A stretch of 64,000 nt of DNA from an uncultured delta proteobacterium (GCA_963716045.1 CAVQSS010000012.1:66482-130481); one strand, 5' to 3'; positions 35,367 through 42,544 are shown, counted from the first letter of the stretch. Numbers and translations: made by a program. Notes: generated by a model from the sequence alone, not told the origin.

Positions 35367-36824
35367 ATGCAAAATAAAAGAATAAAAATCCTGCTGCTGT
35401 TTCTAATTCTGGCGGCCCTGCTGGCCGGCGGCCCGAATGTCGATTTCGCCTTTGCGGCGGAACCGGCCACCATGCCCCTCATGGTTGACGGGAAGGAGCG
35501 GGTTTGTCTCGATTGTCACCGCCGGCCGAACATTCAGAGCAACGAAGGGGCCTTTGCCTCTCAAACCCTGTGTTTCGAGTGCCACGGCCGGGTGGGCATT
35601 AAGCGGAAGTGGGGCGAAGCCGATATATCCCTGAAGGTAACCCCTGAATCCTTCGCCGGCAGCCGTCACCGGGCGGTGGCCTGCATCGCTTGTCATCTAG
35701 ATGTGGCCCGATCTCCCCATCGAACCCGGGTCGGGGCCCAATGCCTTTCCTGCCACACCGTTCACGGAGAAGGGACCGTTCATGACCCGCATCTCCGGGT
35801 AAGCTGTCAGGCCTGCCACCGGCAGTCTTCGGAAGTGACCTTGAACAAGACCACCGACCGGGTGGTCCTGTCCCGACTGAACGACCGGGGCGTTCCCCTT
35901 GTCTTGACCGATCACCGCCTGCCGGATACCCGAGACCAGGCCTTCTGTCAGCGCTGTCACCGGCCGGGGAATACCGTCGGGGCGGCCGCGGCGGTGCTGC
36001 CCGCCAAGAGCATTCTTTGCCTGCCCTGCCACTATGCCCCCATCGCCATCGGGCATTCCCTGTTCTGGTCGGCTCTGGTTGTTTTTGGCCTGGGTCTCCT
36101 GCTGACCGGTATGTTCTGGCTCGGCGGCAGCGTGCAGGGAGAGGAGAAATCGGTCCACCGAAAAATCGCCCTCGGTTCGGAAGCGGCCTGGTCGGCCCTT
36201 TTCTCCAGGCAAATCTGGGCGATCTTGAAAACCTTTTTCTTTGATGTGCTGCTCCAGCGGAGGATCCTGCAGGAGAGCGTCCAGCGCTGGTCCATCCATT
36301 CCCTGATCTACTACGCCATACTGCTCCGGTTCGGGTTGGCCCTGTTTACTCATTTTTCTTATTTTTTCAAGCCCGGCGGCGCCCTGGCCTACGCCCTGAT
36401 CGATAAAAATCATCCTTTTGTGGCTTTGACGAACGACCTCCTGGGCCTGTTCATCGTTTTGGGCCTGGCCGCCGCGATCATCCAGCGATTCGTGGTGAAA
36501 CCGCCCCACGTGGTCAGCGAGTGGAAAGACAACTGGGCTTTAACCATCATCGGGGCTCTGGTTCTCGTGGGTTTCATGCTGGAGGGGGTCCGCATCCTGG
36601 TTACCCAGGTCCCGGCTGAAAAGGCGGCCTATTCGTTCGTGGGCTATCTTCTTTCATTGCTCTTCGCCGTTTTCCCGTCGGACTGGTCGATCATCTATGT
36701 CTATCTCTGGTATGCCCATGCCGTCTTGGGAGCCCTGCTGGTGGCCTACCTGCCCTTCGGGAAATTGAAGCATATTTTCGTGACGCCGCTGAGCCTGGTG
36801 TCGCAGTATAAAAAGAAGGATTAA
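35367..36824 (+). CDS. Fusion protein: periplasmic heptaheme cytochrome c plus a NarI/DsrM/HdrE-like integral membrane domain
   Basis: Seven CxxCH motifs in the first ~215 aa (CLDCH, CFECH, CIACH, CLSCH, CQACH, CQRCH, CLPCH), then 5-6 TM helices resembling the nitrate-reductase-gamma-like family. Confidence 0.75.
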   Translation: MQNKRIKILLLFLILAALLAGGPNVDFAFAAEPATMPLMVDGKERVCLDCHRRPNIQSNEGAFASQTLCFECHGRVGIKRKWGEADISLKVTPESFAGSRHRAVACIACHLDVARSPHRTRVGAQCLSCHTVHGEGTVHDPHLRVSCQACHRQSSEVTLNKTTDRVVLSRLNDRGVPLVLTDHRLPDTRDQAFCQRCHRPGNTVGAAAAVLPAKSILCLPCHYAPIAIGHSLFWSALVVFGLGLLLTGMFWLGGSVQGEEKSVHRKIALGSEAAWSALFSRQIWAILKTFFFDVLLQRRILQESVQRWSIHSLIYYAILLRFGLALFTHFSYFFKPGGALAYALIDKNHPFVALTNDLLGLFIVLGLAAAIIQRFVVKPPHVVSEWKDNWALTIIGALVLVGFMLEGVRILVTQVPAEKAAYSFVGYLLSLLFAVFPSDWSIIYVYLWYAHAVLGALLVAYLPFGKLKHIFVTPLSLVSQYKKKD

Positions 36825-37042
36825 TTTTTTTGCCGCAGACTCACACGGACAAAGGCGGGCAAAAATGGTCCCACAGGATTTACAGGATAGAAAGAAACTT
36901 TTTGCTTTTTCGGTAAAGACGCCCAAAAAAGCAAGAGACTCCATCACTTCGCAAACGTTTGATTTTGCGTGCCTGAAGCTTGAGAGGTAAGCCAGAGGAA
37001 AGGTGACAGATGCTTTATAGTTCCCTCCCCCTTAACGGGGGA

Positions 37043-37156
37043 GGGGCTTCGACGTGAGCTCAGCCGAACGTTAGGGCGGGGGTGAAACCTTTTGGAGTGA
37101 AGATTCCGGAAGTCACCCACCCCCCAAACGTTCGGCTGAGCTCACGTCGAAGCCCC
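37043..37156. repeat. Perfect 30-bp inverted repeat separated by 54 nt (GGGGCTTCGACGTGAGCTCAGCCGAACGTT family)
   Basis: 37043-37072 is the exact reverse complement of 37127-37156. It is flanked by CCCTCCCC/GGGGAGGG mini-hairpins. Related copies lie at 20716-20888 and 46160-46250. Confidence 0.9.
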
Positions 37157-37234
37157 CTCCCGTCGAGGGAGGGGGAGCACCTATACCATTTATTACCATA
37201 TTTTTTTCAATGCTTATTTTTACAGGGAAATATA

Positions 37235-38669
37235 ATGACAGAAGAAGTTTCGGTTGAAACCAGCGTTCCGGTTAGTCCGGCGGAGCCCCAACCCCCTGGG
37301 CCTGTTGAACCCGAGCTGGAAGCCAAGCCCGAGCCGGCCCGCGAGATCCCGCTTTCCAATTTATCCGCTTCCCGATTGATTCAGCTCGAGGCCTGTACCC
37401 GCTGCGGTGAATGCCTGAACTGGTGCCCGGTCCACGATCAGGACGCCCGGGAACCGGTCATCCCGCGGAAGAAAATCGCCGATTTCCTGCACATCGTGAA
37501 GAACCAGCAGTCCCTGCTGACCCGGATCATGAAACAGGAAAAAATCGAGCGATCCGATCAAAAAACTGCTGGCCGCAGTCTTCCGCTATAAAGAGGTCGG
37601 TCAAGTCGAAGTCGATGAATTTGTCCGCAACCTGTATGAATGTTCCACCTGCGGGCAGTGCCAAGTGGTCTGCCCGGCCAACATCGATACGGTCAACCTC
37701 TGGGAGGATATCCGCCGTCTGATCGTGACCGCCGGTTACGGCCCGCTGGAGTCCGCAGAAGGTCCTGGTAAAAAGCGTCAAGGCCTACGACAATCCCTGG
37801 CAGCAGCCGCGGGCCGCCCGCACCAAGTGGGCGCGCCGGGCGCAAAAAGACGTCCTGATTGCGCCCCGCCGCGGGAGATCAAGAAGAACGGGGCCAAGGT
37901 CCTGCTCTGGCTGGGGTGTACGGCGGTCTATGACGTCAACGTGAAACAGATCGCCATCAGCACCATCAATATCCTGGAAAGCCTGGGGATCGACTACGGC
38001 TGCCTGGGCGGCGACGAAAAATGCTGCGGCAGCGTGCTCCTGCGCATGGGAGACGCGGAATTCGGACGGATCGCCGGCGACAACATCAAACAGCTCAACG
38101 CCCTGGGCATCCAGACCCTGGTCAGTTCCTGCTCCGGTTGTTTCAAGACCATCAAGGAGGACTACCCCAAGGTGGGAAAGCTGAATTTCGAGGTGCTTCA
38201 TACCGTAGAATACCTGCGGCGGTTGCTGGAAGATAAGAAACTGCCTTCCTTCGAACCCCTGGAAAAAAAGATCACCTACCATGATCCCTGCCATCTGGGC
38301 CGGGCCAGCGGCGTCTTTGATGATCCCCGCATTATCCTGGGCGCCATCCCGGGTCTGGAGCTGATCGAAATGCCCCGTAGCCGGGAATATTCCCGGTGCT
38401 GCGGCGCCGGCGGGGGGCTCAAGGCCGGCTACCCGGATATCCAGAACAAGATGGCCCAGGAACGGGTGAAGGAGGCTCAGGCCACCGGGGCCCAGGAATT
38501 GATCTCGGCCTGCCCCTTCTGCTACGCCGGTCTTCAGGTGGGGATTAAAGCCATGGATTCCCCCCTGGTCATGAAGGACGTGACCGGCCCTGGTGGAAGA
38601 ATCGCTTATAAAGAAGGCCGGCTGATAACCGGCGCTGGACCCGTAAAAAGTCCCTTCGTACCATTCTGA
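37235..38669 (+). pseudogene. HdrD/DsrK/GlcF-like CCG-domain Fe-S oxidoreductase, disrupted by frame changes
   Basis: The N-terminal part is in frame 2 (37235-37591; CTRCGECLNWCP). The remainder is in frame 0 (homology from about 37545; track ORF 37665-38669; CSTCGQCQVVCP, EKCCGS, RCCGAGGG). An internal ~110-nt stretch has its homologous reading in frame 1. A paralog lies at 25038-26360. Confidence 0.8.
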
Positions 38670-38686
38670 ATCCTTTTATAGAATAC

Positions 38687-38714
38687 TTGACATGGCTATA
38701 ATTATAGCTATAAT
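38687..38714 (+). promoter_or_regulatory. Consensus sigma70 promoter with an embedded 14-bp perfect palindrome
   Basis: TTGACA (38687-38692), a 16-nt spacer and TATAAT (38709-38714). The spacer contains GCTATAATTATAGC (38695-38708). Confidence 0.45.
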
Positions 38715-38959
38715 ATTTTCTAATTAACCCCCCCCATGCCCCAGGGGGCAACCGCGAAGCATGAGAATCGCGGGCGTGGGAGCCCGCTCTGCTTGGGTTA
38801 GCCGGGCCTTCCATCTTCCCAGCGGAGGCGGCTCCCACGCCGCCGAAACCAGGAGCTAAGGTAGAGACCGGCTCAGTCTTGGAGATCGAGTCGGTCTGAG
38901 CGCTTATGGGCTCGGAATTCTATTTTCGTGTCAAGGAAATTGAAAAGAGGTTTTAAGAG

Positions 38960-39241
38960 ATGAACCGCAGGGTATCGGTGGCTGAGGCCAAAAATAAGCT
39001 CCCAGCCATTATCCATGAAGTGGAAAAAGGTTCGGTGGTGGAGATCACCCGGTATGGCCGATCCGTGGCCTTTGTAGTCCCCCAAAAGGATTTTGAGCGG
39101 CTGCAGGAGAAAGGCGGGGGATTTTGGGAGGCCCTGATCAAGGTTAGAAATATCATGAAGGCCGAGGGGATAGTTATGGAGGACCGTGATTTTTTCGACC
39201 TTCGGGATGCTTCGCCGGGACGCCCAGTCGATCTGGATTGA
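38960..39241 (+). CDS. Phd/YefM-family antitoxin
   Basis: The N-terminus VSVAEAKNKLPAIIHEVEKGSVVEITRYGRSVAFVVP is typical of Phd/YefM. The gene abuts the PIN toxin gene. Confidence 0.8.
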   Translation: MNRRVSVAEAKNKLPAIIHEVEKGSVVEITRYGRSVAFVVPQKDFERLQEKGGGFWEALIKVRNIMKAEGIVMEDRDFFDLRDASPGRPVDLD

Positions 39242-39658
39242 ATGAAATATCTTTTAGACACCAGCCTGATCTCCGAACTGAGTAAACCCAAACCTGATCG
39301 GAGGGTGGAAAAAAGATGCAGCCAGTACCGGCAGGAGCTGGCTACCGCCGCTCCGGTCTGGCATGAATTGCAATACGGATGCCAGAGATTGCCTCAATCC
39401 CGTAAAAGGGAACTATTGGAATTATTCCTGGAAGAGGTCGTTTCGAAAAAATTGCCGATACTCCCTTACGATGAACAGGCCGCCAGATGGCATGCTCTCG
39501 AAAGGGCGCGCTTATCCTTGACGGGTCGGACACCATCCTTTGCAGACGGACAAATTGCTGCCATCGCACTTACCAATGGGCTGACGCTGGTAACCAGGAA
39601 TCTGAACGATTTTCGTTTTTTCTCCGGACTGCTTTTGGAAAACTGGCATACCGCTTAA
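39242..39658 (+). CDS. vapC: PIN-domain toxin VapC
   Basis: Acidic PIN residues are in the expected places (LLDTS, WHELQYG, FADGQIAA, TRNLNDF). 138 aa. Confidence 0.85.
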   Translation: MKYLLDTSLISELSKPKPDRRVEKRCSQYRQELATAAPVWHELQYGCQRLPQSRKRELLELFLEEVVSKKLPILPYDEQAARWHALERARLSLTGRTPSFADGQIAAIALTNGLTLVTRNLNDFRFFSGLLLENWHTA

Positions 39659-39713
39659 GATATTTTTTCCCTGGCTGAAGAGGGAAGGGGCTATCAAACC
39701 TTTTTGTAAATAT

Positions 39714-40400
39714 GTGTATTGGGTCCCCAAGGAGGATGCCAACAGGCTGAGGCAGGCCCTGGCCCGAAGGGAAGTGGATGTCACCGAGATAAGAAAAGCG
39801 GTCTGCCTGCCCCTGTCCCGGCGGGTGGAAGTCGGCCTGGTGGCCCCGGAGGTCTGGGAAGATTATGCCTTGTGCCGGAGGCAGTTTTCCTGGTACCGCC
39901 ATTCCCCCCGGCAGGGCCAGACCCTGGTGGTCAGCTCCGATCCCTTACCCGGGGTCGCAGGTGGCCCCGCCGTCATTATTCAAGATTCCTCTTTTCGTCC
40001 TCCCGCGCTGCCCGACCGGGAGGCTCAGACAGCCTTGATTCAACGGGAAAGCTACCGGAGTTCCCGGCCGGAGGAATGGGAGAACATCGGGGCCGAAGAC
40101 CGGGAGGCGCAACAGAAATGGTTGAAGGTCATGGGCCTCCAGGGCCTGACCTTCGAGGAATTATTTATCAGCCATTGTGCTAACCACGCCAATTTCATCG
40201 AACCGGCCTATCAGGTCCTGGAAGACCACCATCCCGTTCCCTACTCCCTGGGCAAGACCCGCACGGTCTGCTCGGCCTGCCTGGAATTCTATAATATCAT
40301 CGGATCGCCTTTTAAAAGAAAATATGTGGTCCCCTGCCCAGGGGCGGTACTGTTTGCCGGGATGGTCCCCAATCACTATTATGAGGTGATCAGTCCCTGA
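39714..40400 (+). CDS. Hypothetical protein with a C-terminal Cys/His-rich region
   Basis: 228-aa ORF with protein-like composition, unlike the Arg/Gly/Pro-rich alternative frame at 39719-40183. The C-terminus is ISHCANHANFIEP...TVCSACLEF...VVPCPG. No family recognised. Confidence 0.5.
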   Translation: MYWVPKEDANRLRQALARREVDVTEIRKAVCLPLSRRVEVGLVAPEVWEDYALCRRQFSWYRHSPRQGQTLVVSSDPLPGVAGGPAVIIQDSSFRPPALPDREAQTALIQRESYRSSRPEEWENIGAEDREAQQKWLKVMGLQGLTFEELFISHCANHANFIEPAYQVLEDHHPVPYSLGKTRTVCSACLEFYNIIGSPFKRKYVVPCPGAVLFAGMVPNHYYEVISP

Positions 40401-40560
40401 GGAGGGACCGGTTCACCCGGTCTATTACCGAAAAGCGGATAAAAATCGATAGACAAAAATTCCATATTTAATAATAATGGCAGATAATTCAGAAAAATTA
40501 AGTGCGATACGATGAGTTAGGTGATCCCGGGTTCTATAAGGGTGGGGGGGAGTTAAAAAC

Positions 40561-40758
40561 GTGCCTCCGAAGGTAAGAGAATTGATAGCCAAGTTGGAGC
40601 GCGCAGGGTTTGCCGACCGAGGAGGGAAGGGAAACCACCGGAACTTCGTCCATCCCCAAGTGGCCAAACCGGTCACAATATCGGGTTCCTTGGGCGATGA
40701 TGCCAAGCAATATCAGGTTCGCACAGTGAAGCTCGTCATTGAGGAGTCGAAGAAATGA
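40561..40758 (+). CDS. hicA: HicA-family mRNA interferase toxin
   Basis: VRELIAKLERAGFADRGGKGNHRNFVHPQVAKPVTISGSLGDD fits the HicA/YcfA pattern. GTG start with a G-rich RBS. It overlaps hicB by 4 nt. Confidence 0.8.
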   Translation: MPPKVRELIAKLERAGFADRGGKGNHRNFVHPQVAKPVTISGSLGDDAKQYQVRTVKLVIEESKK

Positions 40759-40994
40759 AAGACAGTGCCAGATACGCCAAAATCGTCGAATGGTCGGAAG
40801 AGGATCAGTGCTATGTCGGGAGTTCCCCCGGATTGGTGTTCGGAGGATGCCACGGCCCCGAGGAGAAAGCGGTGTTCGACGAGCTCTGTGAGATCGTCGA
40901 GGAAGCTGTTTCTCTGTACCGCAAGGACGGGAAACCCCTTCCACCGCCTACTTCGGGACGAGACTTTGTCAACAAAATGCAAAACGCCGCATAG
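40755..40994 (+). CDS. hicB: HicB-family antitoxin
   Basis: YAKIVEWSEEDQCYVGSSPGLVFGGCHGPEEKAVFDELCEIVEEAVSLY fits the HicB N-domain pattern. Confidence 0.75.
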   Translation: MKDSARYAKIVEWSEEDQCYVGSSPGLVFGGCHGPEEKAVFDELCEIVEEAVSLYRKDGKPLPPPTSGRDFVNKMQNAA

Positions 40995-41004
40995 CTTTTC
41001 GTGC

Positions 41005-41163
41005 CGGAGGATTCCCACCAAGCTGGAGTTGCATCCCTTGGGCGGCAAACTTGCCGGTTGCCAGGCCGTAAACCTCACCCACAGCTATCGCATCACTCTG
41101 ACTCTTTTAATAAACGACCGGGAAATCATTCTACTTGATAAAGGAAATGCAGGCCTTCCGTAA
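41005..41163 (+). pseudogene. Remnant of a RelE/YafQ-type toxin gene (C-terminal part only)
   Basis: Frame 1 reads ..PTKLELHPLGGKLAGCQAVNLTHSYRITLTLLINDREIILLDKGNAG.., resembling the ..HPLxGxxxGxxxxHxxxDxxLIY..... tail of RelE/YafQ toxins. No plausible start codon or N-terminal half is present. Confidence 0.35.
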
Positions 41164-41387
41164 CCGGTGGGCCCATGCGGGCTGCAGAAATAACTAAACT
41201 GGTTTATGGAAGATAGGATGCTGACCGGAAATGGTGTATTTGTCTGATTTTCAGTATTATTTAGAAAAAAACTATTCTCTGGGACATTTCGGGAAAACCA
41301 CTTAATTACATTGTTGGCGCCGCCTGCGGCGCCAACAACCAGGCCATTGGACACCGATGTCACTTGCTTGCATGGGCCATCGGCCCC

Positions 41388-41402
41388 GCAAGCTTCGTGC
41401 CA
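41388..41402 (-). promoter_or_regulatory. Sigma54-type -24/-12 promoter match on the minus strand
   Basis: The minus strand reads TGGCACGAAGCTTGCG, an exact fit to TGGCACG-N4-TTGC. It points leftwards towards the GTTGGCGCC/GGCGCCAAC hairpin at 41313-41337. Confidence 0.35.
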
Positions 41403-41446
41403 CGGGTCAACGCCGCATTAGCTGAAACTTTAGGAGATCACGACAG

Positions 41447-42475
41447 ATGAACGGTATTCCAGAATACTTAGTCTTACCAGACAAGGTCTATGCCCTGACC
41501 GCTAAAAGGACAGATGGGGGGCGGGCTTTTGACAGGATGATAGTTGATTACCTTGTCGAAGGCATAAACCCAATGTCTGACGCGGACACGTGGAGAACTC
41601 GTCTAGGGATGAGCAGGGAGCTTTCGGATGATTATCCGAGCTTCAAAGAAGCGATTCCTATTGACTGGGTGCTCTTCAGGTTTCTATGTCACTTTGTACG
41701 CACAAACTCCATTCACGTTCTCTCCGGGAATAACGGCCAGGTCTTAACCTCGCCAAGTTACAAAGACTACTTGGGTCATGAGCCAGCAGAGGAATATGCC
41801 GATCTAATGCTACGAACGGTATTCGTGGCCTGGGTACGAGTTCTTCCCGGGAGAGCAATATCCCTCGCAGACGTCTATGCCTCTACTGACCTAACCATCA
41901 ACCAGTTGAAATGCAGCATCAATGCTCTCATATTTCAGGGCCATGTTCAAGAAACCGAGGAATACAAATACATGATACGGCCCAGTATTTTCGACAACCG
42001 TGTCTTTATAAAGAACTCGCCCTCTTTAGACAGGATGTCAAACCGTTACTATCAAGAAATCACGATAGAGGCTAACGACCCGTTTTGTTTTGTCATTATG
42101 CCATTCAAAGAAGAAGAGTTTTCGCAAAGGATATACGGCAATGTAATCAAACCCTTTGTTGAAGACCAATTCAAAATTGGCTGCTACAGAGTGGATGAGG
42201 ACAATCTGCCTGATCGCATAGACAACAAGATATACAGCTACCTCCTTCGGTCAGCATTTGTAATCGCGGAAGTCACAACTCTAAACCCAAACGTATTCTA
42301 TGAGCTGGGGCTAGCCCATATGCTGGAAAAGGACTGCATTATTGTCACAAACACACTCATATCAAAGATACCATTCGATATCAATAGAATCAGGGCCGAG
42401 CACTATGATAGCGATCAGCAATTGACTCAGATTCTTGAGAGGGCGATATCGGCGCTTGCTTTCAAATCCAAATAG
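41447..42475 (+). CDS. Hypothetical protein: unknown N-terminal domain plus a C-terminal nucleoside-2-deoxyribosyltransferase-like / TIR-like Rossmannoid domain
   Basis: The C-terminal ~130 aa reads CFVIMPF...IDNKIYSYLLRSAFVIAEVTTLNPNVFYELGLAHMLEKDCIIVTN...IPFDI. Lower-GC ORF with an AGGAG RBS. Confidence 0.6.
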   Translation: MNGIPEYLVLPDKVYALTAKRTDGGRAFDRMIVDYLVEGINPMSDADTWRTRLGMSRELSDDYPSFKEAIPIDWVLFRFLCHFVRTNSIHVLSGNNGQVLTSPSYKDYLGHEPAEEYADLMLRTVFVAWVRVLPGRAISLADVYASTDLTINQLKCSINALIFQGHVQETEEYKYMIRPSIFDNRVFIKNSPSLDRMSNRYYQEITIEANDPFCFVIMPFKEEEFSQRIYGNVIKPFVEDQFKIGCYRVDEDNLPDRIDNKIYSYLLRSAFVIAEVTTLNPNVFYELGLAHMLEKDCIIVTNTLISKIPFDINRIRAEHYDSDQQLTQILERAISALAFKSK

Positions 42476-42544
42476 GGGCTGGGGATATTAGTGAATCAAG
42501 AAAACGGCTACCGAGTAAGTGCACTTGACGCGGAAGGATGTCGG

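Noticed and set aside
38715-38950. The GC-rich, self-complementary region downstream of the consensus promoter as a known ncRNA (SRP, 6S or tmRNA).
   Set aside because: I could not find the conserved SRP domain IV sequence, a tmRNA tag or 3' end, or 6S-like architecture. Part of the region resembles REP-type repeats. It is left unassigned.
40516-40522. GTTAGGT (fits GTTRRRY) upstream of hicA as a third attC R' box.
   Set aside because: There is no ..AAC-containing R'' box and no complementary arm in the 120 nt upstream. The match rests on the 7-mer only.
41404-41549. A possible attC upstream of or overlapping the start of the 41447 ORF (GGTCAAC ... GTTGATT).
   Set aside because: Both boxes have mismatches, the adjacent L arms do not pair, and the site would overlap the ORF start. 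The GTTGGCGCC/GGCGCCAAC palindrome at 41313-41337 has the wrong box order for an attC.
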